IMG/VR virus record: IMGVR_UViG_3300026097_000013
Location: 56,485 to 120,484 of that record
Strand: one strand, 5' to 3'
Length of the DNA: 64,000 nucleotides
Source: a virus
How positions within the stretch are numbered: the first letter of the stretch is position 1; each line of letters opens with the position of its first letter. The notes under the pieces are model-generated. The model was given only the letters and a program-made list of their open reading frames with translations, was not told the origin of the DNA and did not search any database. A program made the position numbers and the translations under genes. Positions 17,672 to 26,828 of the stretch are shown one piece after another.

Positions 17672-20152
17672 TTATCCTAGTACTATGGTATAGATATCGA
17701 CTAATTCTTTGAGGACGTCTTCTGTAACTTCTTCACCCTCGCCGGCACTTCGTTGCCATGCTGTACCGTTATAGGTTTCTAAATAACCTTCCTCTGTATT
17801 CCAGCGAGTGTCTCCAGTATTTGGTGCTACTGGACGTTCTAGTTCAGTTCCGTAAGGAACAACTATGCCTGTTGTTGAGTCGAATTTAACGAACCCTCTA
17901 TCAGTAGTTTTAATAGTAAATGTATCGTTTGTTGTGTTTAATAGATTACTATTTTCAATATCGATATTAAATATTTCAACTATACCTGTACCGTCTCTTC
18001 TTAATTCTATATCAACATTACTATTGACACTAGTTAAATTATTTTCATCAAAATATAAATTTTCGTTAGTTAGACCGTTGAGTCTTAATCCGTAGCTTTC
18101 TATTTCAGCTGTATTAACTTCATTTGCACGTATTAATATTTGATTGTTTGTGTCGTGCGCATCAATGCTAGTTTGTCTGTCTTGAGAATAAATGCCGCCA
18201 AAACTTAGATTAGAACTCGAGTAACCTTCAAATAGATCTGTATCAGTGTTGTATCTAACGCCGCCTTCAACTTCTACAACATTAATAGTTGTATCTCTTG
18301 AAAGCACTAGTCCTGGACTTGTGTCTATATTTAAAATTTCAGTTTGTGGAGAAAGATTTAAATCACCGTCAATCGTTGTTATTTCATTGCCAGCAAATCT
18401 TATGTTACCCGTGTCAACACGTTCTCCATCAATGTATGTAATGTCAACACCGTTTCTTACAATAATAGATCCTACACCACTAAAATCAATTTCGTTAGCA
18501 TCTATACTTGTTGTACCAGTTTCGAAATCTACAAAAAATGCATCTCCAACCCTAAAGTCGCCGTCTGCATCTGTTGATGTATGATATATTTTGCCGCTGT
18601 TTATTTCTACTACTTCGTTTGCCGAAATAGTTAAAGTTCTATCATTAGTAACACTATTGTCAACGCCTATATATGCAAAATTATGTCCAATTAAGTACAT
18701 CAATGTGTCTGCGCCGTCAGCATAAGCGCCATATGTTCCATAAACGTTAGCTGATCCGATTGAGCGAATTTCAGCACCGAATGTAGTTCCATTAGCACCT
18801 AAGCCTAGAATACCCTGTGTTGCATATAATCCTTTGCCTGCAAAATATGTAAAGCTATTAAGCCATTCTACTCTTACACCGTTAGTCATTGTAATACAAT
18901 CTACACCCGGAGTTATGAATGTAGCACTATGAAATAGCATACTACCTTGAGGAGTACTTGTATCTAATATTGCGCCGTCAATTAATGCACCTTTACCTGC
19001 ATCACCAGATAAAAATCCTCTAGGATCGTCAGCAGTTATTGTACTACCTTGTGTGATAACGGTTATGTTTCTTACATATGGAGATCTTTCGGCAATCGTT
19101 GCTCCTGGAGCAAAGCTAAAAGCATATCCTGTATCGTTTAAACTATCGTAATAAAAATCTTTTATAGTTATATTTTCAATAGTTGTATTTTGATTCATTC
19201 TAAATGCATCATTAGTGTTTGTTGCTAGTGTGGGTTTAATAATAGTATTTCTTATATCTTCGCCACTAATAGTAACATTTTCGGGTATTTCTAAGGGAAA
19301 GTTTTCTGCATACTCGCCTGGATAGATATGAATAGTTACTGGCCCAGAACCACTAGCATCTGCAACACTTAATGCATGTTCTAAAGTTAAAAAAGCACCG
19401 TGTTGATGATCTCCAACATTGGTATTATCTCCCAAAGTCGAAACATAAAAAATATTTCCCTGTCTTAGAGCTAGACTAGTATCATCTAAAACTAAAGTAC
19501 CAACTTCTACTCGTTGGCCGTTTAAAAGATTACTATATAAATTACCCCATCGTTTAGTAACACTACCTAAATTTCGTGTACCACCAGAAGAAGGTATTAT
19601 ATCACTATCAAGGTCTGCTTCAAATACTAAACTATCAGCATCACTATCACCGAACTCAATATTACCACCAATAGTAATATCACCGGTTGAATGTAATGCC
19701 CCAGTAATATTCCAATTAGAATTTATTTCTAAAGTGCCAGTGCCGTTTGGCCTTAGTTCTAGGTTAGTATCATTAGATCTACTACTAATAGTATTTTCGT
19801 CAAAGAGTAATTCGTCAGTTGCTATTGTAGTAGCTTGAATTTCAGAACCTGCTGACAATTCGATATTAGCACCTAGGTTATTAATTTCATTATTTTGAAT
19901 GTTAACATTAGGAGCAATGTTAGTTGTAGTGCTTTTTAAGTTTGTTGATTTAACCGTACTAGGAACTTGTAGGGCATCACTAGGTCCATCAATATTAACA
20001 CCTATCTTTTTAGTATTAACATCTAAGTGTAAAAGAGGAGTTGGTGCAGCAACTAGGTTTGTAGATTGATAAAATCTTAAATCAATACCATTTCTTTTTA
20101 AGTTATCTGCTAGTACGCCGCCGCCTATACGGCCATTTTTTGGTTCTGCCAT
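17672..20152 (-). CDS. Tail fibre / virion structural protein (paralog B2)
   Basis: Collinear with 14198..17539 (SPYVRNITVITQGS, GVRVEWLNSFTYFA) but lacks the LamG insert; same C-terminal RYNT/RWNT motifs. Confidence 0.8.
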   Translation of the reverse strand: MAEPKNGRIGGGVLADNLKRNGIDLRFYQSTNLVAAPTPLLHLDVNTKKIGVNIDGPSDALQVPSTVKSTNLKSTTTNIAPNVNIQNNEINNLGANIELSAGSEIQATTIATDELLFDENTISSRSNDTNLELRPNGTGTLEINSNWNITGALHSTGDITIGGNIEFGDSDADSLVFEADLDSDIIPSSGGTRNLGSVTKRWGNLYSNLLNGQRVEVGTLVLDDTSLALRQGNIFYVSTLGDNTNVGDHQHGAFLTLEHALSVADASGSGPVTIHIYPGEYAENFPLEIPENVTISGEDIRNTIIKPTLATNTNDAFRMNQNTTIENITIKDFYYDSLNDTGYAFSFAPGATIAERSPYVRNITVITQGSTITADDPRGFLSGDAGKGALIDGAILDTSTPQGSMLFHSATFITPGVDCITMTNGVRVEWLNSFTYFAGKGLYATQGILGLGANGTTFGAEIRSIGSANVYGTYGAYADGADTLMYLIGHNFAYIGVDNSVTNDRTLTISANEVVEINSGKIYHTSTDADGDFRVGDAFFVDFETGTTSIDANEIDFSGVGSIIVRNGVDITYIDGERVDTGNIRFAGNEITTIDGDLNLSPQTEILNIDTSPGLVLSRDTTINVVEVEGGVRYNTDTDLFEGYSSSNLSFGGIYSQDRQTSIDAHDTNNQILIRANEVNTAEIESYGLRLNGLTNENLYFDENNLTSVNSNVDIELRRDGTGIVEIFNIDIENSNLLNTTNDTFTIKTTDRGFVKFDSTTGIVVPYGTELERPVAPNTGDTRWNTEEGYLETYNGTAWQRSAGEGEEVTEDVLKELVDIYTIVLG

Positions 20153-20179
20153 AACCCTCTCTCCTTTGACATATTGTAT

Positions 20180-20758
20180 TTATTTGTCAAAGTTGTGAAT
20201 TACGGTTACGTCTTTGCCAAAAGGAACAGGACTTGTAAATTCTATCCACCAACCTGTTCCTGTACTTGTGTATGGTGCATTTGGTCCAGTTATATCTACT
20301 TCTGCTGTTTGTCTAATATCGTAGTTATTACCGGGTATTTGTAGTACATTTTCGATAAGAACTAAAATATTTTCACTAGCAGCTGGAACAGGATAATCCG
20401 AATCGCCACTTTGTAATTCTCCAAACACAGTTTCCGTAGCATCGCCTGTTCCGAGATTCTGCCAAATAATTCCCGGATCTTGATTAGGTTCTTTAAAGCG
20501 AATTTCTCTCCAAGCGCCGTTTTGATAAGCTTCTAGTTGATTGTCGGTAGTGTTATATCTTATCTGTCCTTCGTTAGCAGCAGTATTAACAGCAGGATAT
20601 GTTACGTCTCCTGCAAAGCCGGGCTGTTCATTATAAGGTCCTTTAGGAACAACCATCGCACGTTGGCTGTCTACAATAACTTGATCGTCAATATCATACT
20701 GCACACCTTTGCCTGCAATACTTCTAAGATTAGTAGTTTGACGTTTTAATAATCTCAT
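20180..20758 (-). CDS. Fibre-associated virion protein
   Basis: Carries the VVPKG...GQIRYNTTDNQLEAY.NG.W motif shared with B1/B2; C-terminal beta domain (ILVLIENVLQIP...IEFTSPVP). Confidence 0.6.
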   Translation of the reverse strand: MRLLKRQTTNLRSIAGKGVQYDIDDQVIVDSQRAMVVPKGPYNEQPGFAGDVTYPAVNTAANEGQIRYNTTDNQLEAYQNGAWREIRFKEPNQDPGIIWQNLGTGDATETVFGELQSGDSDYPVPAASENILVLIENVLQIPGNNYDIRQTAEVDITGPNAPYTSTGTGWWIEFTSPVPFGKDVTVIHNFDK

Positions 20759-21114
20759 TACACTTCCAAATAACTAATAGTTGCTGCTAAGTTAGTTAAA
20801 CTTCCTCCGATGTCAGGTTCTGCAACAAACACAATTTTATCACCTTCTTCTAATACAACTCTTTCCGAATCAAAAGTAAATGTTTCAGCAGCTGGTAGTT
20901 CTAAATCTCTAACAACTATAGTAACATTATTACTTAGAGGTTTTCCAGCTGGAACAATATGCATGTCAAATTTTGCTGTGTCAGTAAGATCTTGATTACA
21001 AACTAAAATGTTTGTTATAGCAAATGTTTTTCCGACTGGCACACCAGTTGAACCTAGTTCACTTCCGATTATATCTAATTGATTATTTTCTAACTGTGCG
21101 TTTAATACTGCCAT
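20758..21114 (-). CDS. Small beta-rich fibre adaptor-like virion protein (paralog)
   Basis: 118 aa; AITNILVCN...ERVVLEEGDKIV...ISYLEV. Its stop overlaps the next start. Confidence 0.55.
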   Translation of the reverse strand: MAVLNAQLENNQLDIIGSELGSTGVPVGKTFAITNILVCNQDLTDTAKFDMHIVPAGKPLSNNVTIVVRDLELPAAETFTFDSERVVLEEGDKIVFVAEPDIGGSLTNLAATISYLEV

Positions 21115-21123
21115 TGTTTATCC

Positions 21124-22107
21124 TTAAAATAACATTCCAAAAAGTAATGCTCTATTCTTACTTACTAATTCGTCTCGGTTGTCTTCTGAATTTACGAAAT
21201 AAATTCCAGTTTTACCACTATACTGATTGCTTGTATATACTTTTATACCTTCAGTAGGAGCAATAGGCTCTAGTGATACATCATCTGTATGAGGAGTATA
21301 ATCTATTTCTAAAACATCTTCAACTCTTACTGACCCTGTGCCCGGAGCTCTTAAAATTAAATCTTCATTACTCGACATAGTTTCAATAACCGTGCCAGCA
21401 ATTCTTACTTCTTCAAATTCCCAACGATCTCTATAAATTGTTGATATTGTTTCACCGTCTATGTCAAATTTAATTTGACTAGGATTTCCTGTACTTTCAA
21501 AGTCGTCAATTGTTATACTAGTAATAGTATCACTACCGTCACCAATTTGACGAAGGAAAACTGTAGCAAATGCAAAGTCAATTGCATTGTCTACATATTT
21601 TTTGTTTGTAATGTCGTCGTCATCGGTAACGTTTAATTCGTAATCGACGGTCCCGCTTACACTAACAACACCGTTTCCACTATTAATAAGATATAAATCG
21701 CCGCCGCCTGTACTAATAGAATCTGTTCTGATACCAACTAAGTTTGCTGATTCGTTTCTAAAAACAAATCCGCCTGTTTGAAGCACTCCGTCAGACGGTC
21801 TTCTCCAAGAAATATCTTCGTCAAATACAAAATATGCATTACTAAGAGTACCTCTATCTACTTCTAAGCCTGAATCATTTCCGTTAACACTATTAATACC
21901 GTCACCAGTTTCACCTGCGTTTAAAGTTATAATATTATCAGCAATTGTAGTTATAGTTGATTCAACGGTTGTTGTAGTACCTTGAACTAACAAGTCGCCA
22001 GTTATTACAACTTGACCGTCATTGAACCCAGTATCAAGTGTAATCGAGCCGCCATCTTCGACTCTTACTCTATAATCACCATTTGGTACATTTATATATT
22101 TTGACAT
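21124..22107 (-). CDS. Virion structural protein (collar/fibre-attachment-like)
   Basis: 327 aa, beta-rich, with phage fibre-type motifs (VITGDLLVQGTTTTV, IADNIITLN, SGLEVDRG, DITNKKYVD); heads the fibre cluster. Confidence 0.55.
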   Translation of the reverse strand: MSKYINVPNGDYRVRVEDGGSITLDTGFNDGQVVITGDLLVQGTTTTVESTITTIADNIITLNAGETGDGINSVNGNDSGLEVDRGTLSNAYFVFDEDISWRRPSDGVLQTGGFVFRNESANLVGIRTDSISTGGGDLYLINSGNGVVSVSGTVDYELNVTDDDDITNKKYVDNAIDFAFATVFLRQIGDGSDTITSITIDDFESTGNPSQIKFDIDGETISTIYRDRWEFEEVRIAGTVIETMSSNEDLILRAPGTGSVRVEDVLEIDYTPHTDDVSLEPIAPTEGIKVYTSNQYSGKTGIYFVNSEDNRDELVSKNRALLFGMLF

Positions 22108-22122
22108 TTGTTAATTCCTTTA

Positions 22123-22146
22123 ATAAGGGGGATTTCTCCCCCTTAT
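22123..22146 (-). terminator. Strong hairpin (possible terminator or processing stem) after 22150..22590
   Basis: Minus strand ATAAGGGGGA-GAAA-TCCCCCTTAT: 10-bp stem with GNRA loop, but only a weak U-tract. Confidence 0.5.
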
Positions 22147-22149
22147 AGT

Positions 22150-22590
22150 TTATATAGCAGTTAGAACAATCTGATCGCCTGACGAATCGTCGTATTGTGA
22201 CATTTCCCAAGTATAACGATTGCCGCTAAAGTCTGTTGCTACACGCTTTGTAATTTTAGCAATTGCAACTTCTGCACTTCCGTCGTTGAGTGTGCCCAGC
22301 ATTTGAATTTCGCCATTTGCATTTGGTGTAGTTTCTACTAGTGTGCCAGTCTCAAAGTCTGCTGAATCTGGACCTGTAATACTTTCGCCATCTACAAAAC
22401 TATCATTTGCTTCACTTAGTACAACAAATGTTTTTGCACCACGTTGCTTGATAATCATGTAGTCTGTTGCTAGTGCGTCACCGAAGTAGCCGCTTAGTCT
22501 AATACCAGCGTTCTCGTCGCCGGGTGTGTTTGTGCCAAATGTTCTAATTACATCAACACCGTTTACATCTTTTCTTAATGGACGTCCCAT
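22150..22590 (-). CDS. Hypothetical late (probable virion) protein
   Basis: 146 aa, AGGAG RBS, own late promoter and structured leader; lies directly downstream of the capsid gene. Confidence 0.55.
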   Translation of the reverse strand: MGRPLRKDVNGVDVIRTFGTNTPGDENAGIRLSGYFGDALATDYMIIKQRGAKTFVVLSEANDSFVDGESITGPDSADFETGTLVETTPNANGEIQMLGTLNDGSAEVAIAKITKRVATDFSGNRYTWEMSQYDDSSGDQIVLTAI

Positions 22591-22610
22591 AATGATTTCT
22601 CCTTTGTTTA

Positions 22611-22680
22611 ATCATTGCCGTTCTAGGGTCTACGCGGCGAGTACCGCATAAGTCCTACTCGAAGGTAGGCTCCTATATGA
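22611..22680 (-). promoter_or_regulatory. Structured 5' leader with two hairpins and alternative pairing
   Basis: Minus strand CCUAC-CUUCGA-GUAGG and UAUGCGG-UACUCG-CCGCGUA. The U.G wobble forms only on the sense strand. Loop UACUCG is complementary to CGAGUA in hairpin 1. Confidence 0.55.
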
Positions 22681-22717
22681 CAATAGTATTTATCAATCTT
22701 AGTTGATAGTACATTCA

Positions 22718-22748
22718 ATAAAAAAGGGCAGCGTTGCCGCTACCCTTT
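22718..22748 (-). terminator. Rho-independent terminator after major capsid gene
   Basis: Minus strand AAAGGGTAGCG-GCAA-CGCTGCCCTTTTT(A)TT: GC-rich stem, GNRA loop and U-tract. Confidence 0.85.
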
Positions 22749-22772
22749 GTGTGTTTATTAACTAAAAAGTTA

Positions 22773-23945
22773 TTAGCTGAAGCTAACGTTGCCGTTAGTA
22801 ATACCAACTTGACCTAGGTAATCAGCTGCATTGCCTAGTGACGATGCAGTGTTATTCAACTCAACATATCCATAACGTGTCATGAACGATACTGTTGGTT
22901 CGAATGTACTTGGGTCTAGTACAACGCCTGAGCTCATTAGTGGGATGTATGGGCAGTAGAATGCCGCTGCATCTGATTCACTTGAACCTTTGTAGCCGAT
23001 TAGCACTGGGCTATCGTCTGCTGCATATGTGTTTACATATACTTTCATTGCGTTGTTCAATGTACCAACCATCTTAGTGTTAGTTGGTGCTTCGAATGTA
23101 CCTTCTGTTGTACGTGCAAATGCCGAAGTAGTTGCAGATTGTAGTAGTGTTAGCGCGAATGGCGAAACAACTGCCCAGTTACCTGCGCCACGACGTGTAC
23201 GCTGTGCAATCAAGTTACTTACACGGTTGATTTGTACTGCTAGTGCAGCATGCTCGTCACCGACAAAAGTAGCTGTACCTGATACTGCTGCTTGGTCATA
23301 TGTTTCGTATATACTTGCTAGTGTGTTAAGAGATGCTAGGACCTCTTGGTCAATCTCAGCAGTAATCTCTTGTGCAAGAGCTGCCATGATTTCTGCTTCA
23401 ACATCAATGCCATGCATTGATTGTGCGTCTTGAGCAGCTTCGAATGTCCAACGTGCGCTTAGTTTGCGTGTTTTCGCTTCGACAGTTTGTTTCAAGATCT
23501 GGATTGACATTCTGTTACCAGCTGCGCCTTCTAGTGCTGCTGTTGCTGCTGCTTTTGCAGTAGTTGTGTTACCAGAATATGCTTCCGCAATCTTGAATGG
23601 GCTTAGAGCTTCTTCGCCTGCAACTGCGCCACTTGCGCCTGTACCTGCTGTGTCGCTATAGCGAACACGTAGTGTGTGGATTTGACCCACTGGACCTGTC
23701 ATTGGCTGAACACCAACAAGTTCGTTTGCAATAACTGTTGGCATTACACGACGAATAACTGGTAAAATAACTCTGTTTAGAGTTGCGACATTACCGGCAG
23801 AAGTAGCACCAGCTGTTGCAGTTTCACTCAAATACTTGCGAGTATTTTCTAGTGTTGCTGCCATAACTGACTTTTTGTTGCCTTGAAGGCCTTCAAGAAG
23901 TGCTGTCTTCGTGTCCTGCCAGCGACTTTCTAATAGTTCTGACAT
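22773..23945 (-). CDS. gp23: Major capsid protein, T4 gp23 family
   Basis: RVILPVIRRVMP..IANELVGVQPMTGPVGQIHTLR, VEAKTRKLSARWT.EAAQD, EITAEID, AFYCPYIPL, FMTRYG. Confidence 0.95.
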   Translation of the reverse strand: MSELLESRWQDTKTALLEGLQGNKKSVMAATLENTRKYLSETATAGATSAGNVATLNRVILPVIRRVMPTVIANELVGVQPMTGPVGQIHTLRVRYSDTAGTGASGAVAGEEALSPFKIAEAYSGNTTTAKAAATAALEGAAGNRMSIQILKQTVEAKTRKLSARWTFEAAQDAQSMHGIDVEAEIMAALAQEITAEIDQEVLASLNTLASIYETYDQAAVSGTATFVGDEHAALAVQINRVSNLIAQRTRRGAGNWAVVSPFALTLLQSATTSAFARTTEGTFEAPTNTKMVGTLNNAMKVYVNTYAADDSPVLIGYKGSSESDAAAFYCPYIPLMSSGVVLDPSTFEPTVSFMTRYGYVELNNTASSLGNAADYLGQVGITNGNVSFS

Positions 23946-23959
23946 TATTATCTCCTTAA

Positions 23960-25063
23960 TTATAATCCAGCTAGACGACGAATGTCTAATACATTACCAT
24001 CATCTGCTTTTTGTCTACTAACGTTAGTTTGTGACTGAGTGTCACGGTTGCCTGTAATTTCTTTGCCTTCTGCTAATACTGCCTTCTGCTTCGCTGGACC
24101 TTTACTATCAATAACTGACGGTAGATACTTGTTAAACGCCGCATTTAACTTCGGTGTTTGTACTGATTCCAGTAAGTCTGTCATAATCTCTTTTTGATCC
24201 TTTGATAAAGGAGCAATAAGTTCATTAATTGTTTTTTCACGCTTTGCTGATTCAATTAGCATAGTTTTTTCTTTGTTAACTGATTCTGCAAGTGTTTTTG
24301 CTTTTGCTGCAAATGCTTTTGCTTCTGCTAGCTGCTTGTCTTTAGCTGCAAGCACTTGCATTAGCTTTGTTGTTTCTGATTTCTCGTTTAAGTGAGAAGT
24401 CATATACTCGCCTGCAAATGCTTCGAAGATTTTACGACCAAAGTCGTTGCTACGTGCTGTGTCAATATCTTCTTTAAGTGCAGTAATTTCACCTTTAAGT
24501 GTTTTACCGACCATTTCCGATACTGCTGTAGCACTTCTTTCGACAAAGTCTTTTTTGACTTTAGCGAAGTGTGTTTTAGCTTCACGTACAAGACGTACTT
24601 TTGTTTCTGCTAAATCTTTTTTGTCTTCATAAAATTCTGCAATTTCTGAAGATAGAGCTTCTACTACAAACTCTTCAAGCTTGGCATAATTTTCTGCCAT
24701 TGCTTTCTTGTCTGCACGTAGTTCTTGAATTTCACCTTGTAGTTGTTCTACTACAAAGCCTTTTAGAAGATCTGCGTTTTCACGCATTTTAACTGCATAT
24801 TTCGCTTTAGCTTCAGCTAAACCTTTACGGTCTTCAGCAAATTCTGCAATTTCTTCTGCTAGGCGCTCAGATAACATTGTATCGATTGCTTCAACCATTG
24901 TGCTTTTATCATGCTCATACTTCTGTGCGAATTCTTCGCGAAGTTCAGCAGTTGCAGCGCGGCGGTTTTCAGCGACCTTTGCTTCCCAAGCTTCTTCAAT
25001 TTGTGCTCTGACTTCTTCATTAACTACATCGTTTTCAAAGAGTGTTTTCAGTGCATCTATCAT
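23960..25063 (-). CDS. gp22: Prohead scaffolding (core) protein, gp22 family
   Basis: Coiled-coil, Glu/Lys/Ala-rich, 367 aa, located between the protease and capsid genes. Confidence 0.85.
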   Translation of the reverse strand: MIDALKTLFENDVVNEEVRAQIEEAWEAKVAENRRAATAELREEFAQKYEHDKSTMVEAIDTMLSERLAEEIAEFAEDRKGLAEAKAKYAVKMRENADLLKGFVVEQLQGEIQELRADKKAMAENYAKLEEFVVEALSSEIAEFYEDKKDLAETKVRLVREAKTHFAKVKKDFVERSATAVSEMVGKTLKGEITALKEDIDTARSNDFGRKIFEAFAGEYMTSHLNEKSETTKLMQVLAAKDKQLAEAKAFAAKAKTLAESVNKEKTMLIESAKREKTINELIAPLSKDQKEIMTDLLESVQTPKLNAAFNKYLPSVIDSKGPAKQKAVLAEGKEITGNRDTQSQTNVSRQKADDGNVLDIRRLAGL

Positions 25064-25077
25064 TACTCTCTCCTAGT

Positions 25078-25701
25078 TTACTGGAGTTTGTTGATTATGT
25101 TAATCAACGATTCCTTAAGATACTTTTGTGCCTTGTTGTCGTGTTTTGTTGCCTGTGCTAATTCATATGCCTTCATTCCCCCACGTGCATTCATCAAATG
25201 TTCATAAATTGGTGTAGGATATGCACCAGGGGCGCTAGGCTGAGCCACAACGTCCACGGTGATTATTTCAAAGTCAGAAACGGTATTACTGCCGTCTTCT
25301 GCTACATTACCGCTACCACGCGACGAGACACCTAGTTTAACGCCGCTTTCCAGCATTGTTTTAACTAGGTTCCCCATCGGTGTTGGTAAAATTTTCAATT
25401 TTCCGTAACCGTTGTCACCATCCATCCAACATTCAGTTATCATATGGCTTACACGGTCAATGTTTATATTAAGTCCTTCTGGATGATCAACTTCTCCGAG
25501 AACACTAAATCCTCCACTAATTTGATCATTGAGAGTTTTGACAGCCCTGCCAATTTCATTCACAGGATACACTCGCTGATTAGCATTTCGAACACCACCT
25601 TGGATCATAATACCTTTCATATAAAGGTCTTTTCCTTCGTTGGCATTCTCGAGTACTACATTAGCTTGGTCGAATGTCAAATGCTCTCGTAAGTTTATCA
25701 T
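25078..25701 (-). CDS. gp21: Prohead protease, gp21 family
   Basis: LYMKGIMIQGGVRNANQRVYP, LGEVDHP, RVSH, GVKLGVSSRGSG, DVVAQPSAPGAY. Confidence 0.93.
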   Translation of the reverse strand: MINLREHLTFDQANVVLENANEGKDLYMKGIMIQGGVRNANQRVYPVNEIGRAVKTLNDQISGGFSVLGEVDHPEGLNINIDRVSHMITECWMDGDNGYGKLKILPTPMGNLVKTMLESGVKLGVSSRGSGNVAEDGSNTVSDFEIITVDVVAQPSAPGAYPTPIYEHLMNARGGMKAYELAQATKHDNKAQKYLKESLINIINKLQ

Positions 25702-25721
25702 CTAGTTTTCCTTAATCTTGC

Positions 25722-26708
25722 TTACTTAGCGCGACTTGATACTTTGTTAAGAGTACTTGTTGCAGCTTTGTCAGCAGTTTCAGGCTTACCTTTTTTCTCT
25801 GCTCCGTGACCTGGCTCTGTTTTGCCAGCCTTTGAAGCTTTCCCGCCTGGTACATTGATGTTACCTGTGCCTATATCTTTTGGATTCTGGTCATTTAGTG
25901 CTGAACCTTTGACCTTTGATCCTGCACCTGCTTCACCGTCGTTAGCTGTGTCGCCACGTGCGATATTTGCACTTGTTCCACCCATGTTGTTTGGACCAGC
26001 TGTTGCCGACTTAGTGTTTGCACCGTTGTCGCCCATTGTTGCTGATACTTTTTCTACATATTCACGCATTTGCTCACCTGCGCTTTTTGCTGATTCGTCA
26101 GTTTCTTCTTCTGCTTCTTCAACTTCTTCGTCAGCAGCTTCTTCAACTTCTTCGTCGTCTGATTCAAAAGCAAACGCTTCTTTTTCTTCTTCGTCGTCGC
26201 CTTCGTCGTCCATGTCCATGTCGTCGCCTTCGTCGTCGCCTGCCATCATTTTTTCAAATTCTGCTTTAAGGTCGTCAAGTGCGTCTTCAAGGTCTTCTAC
26301 ACGATCTTCAACATCGCCTTCTTCACCTTCGTCGTCCATATCCATGTCGTCGCCTTCTTCGCCATCGTCCATGCCTAGGTCTGCCATCATGTCGTCTGTT
26401 GGATCGCCGCCCATGTCATCGTCTGCTTCAACTTCAAATGAATCCATGTCAAAGTTTTCCTCAACTTCATCATCGTCGTCATCGTCAGCTGCTTCGTCTA
26501 GGTCTTCATCTGACTCATCTACTTCTTCATCATCAGCTTCGTCTAGGTCTTCATCTGACTCGTCTACTTCAGCTTCGTCTTCAAGTAGTGACTCATAGAT
26601 ATCACGTGATTTTTCTACCACAATCTCGTGGAATAATTCTTCTGCTGCTGCCTTATCTTCGTTGATAAGAAGCTCTAGCATTTTTTCAAATTTATTTTGA
26701 TCTGCCAT
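25722..26708 (-). CDS. Highly acidic prohead core protein (gp67-like by position and composition)
   Basis: Long Asp/Glu tracts with a duplicated ESDEDLDEA unit (26491-26516 = 26536-26561); lies upstream of the protease gene. Confidence 0.65.
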   Translation of the reverse strand: MADQNKFEKMLELLINEDKAAAEELFHEIVVEKSRDIYESLLEDEAEVDESDEDLDEADDEEVDESDEDLDEAADDDDDDEVEENFDMDSFEVEADDDMGGDPTDDMMADLGMDDGEEGDDMDMDDEGEEGDVEDRVEDLEDALDDLKAEFEKMMAGDDEGDDMDMDDEGDDEEEKEAFAFESDDEEVEEAADEEVEEAEEETDESAKSAGEQMREYVEKVSATMGDNGANTKSATAGPNNMGGTSANIARGDTANDGEAGAGSKVKGSALNDQNPKDIGTGNINVPGGKASKAGKTEPGHGAEKKGKPETADKAATSTLNKVSSRAK

Positions 26709-26805
26709 TTTAAACTCCTATAAATGTTTTTGGTGTACAGAAGAAAACTCCTGTACGGGGCTGTCATAATGTATTTACATAATTGTCGAAAAAGTATGCA
26801 GAAAT

Positions 26806-26828
26806 AGGCTCAAAACGAGCCATTTTCT
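26806..26828 (-). terminator. Probable terminator after 26828..27421
   Basis: Minus strand GGCTC-GTTTT-GAGCC followed by TATTTCT. Confidence 0.45.

Noticed and set aside
2039-20152. Diversity-generating retroelement or invertase-driven fibre switching
   Set aside because: No reverse transcriptase or invertase in the window, no template/variable repeat pair differing at adenines, and no flanking inverted repeats seen.
25822-26665. Long Ser/Arg-rich plus-strand ORFs
   Set aside because: Antisense read-through of the GAA/GAC repeats of the acidic core protein.
26725-26760. Hairpin gtacaggag-tttt-cttctgtac in the leader of the acidic core gene
   Set aside because: A single 9-bp stem away from the RBS; plausible mRNA stabiliser, but too little evidence to call a regulatory element.
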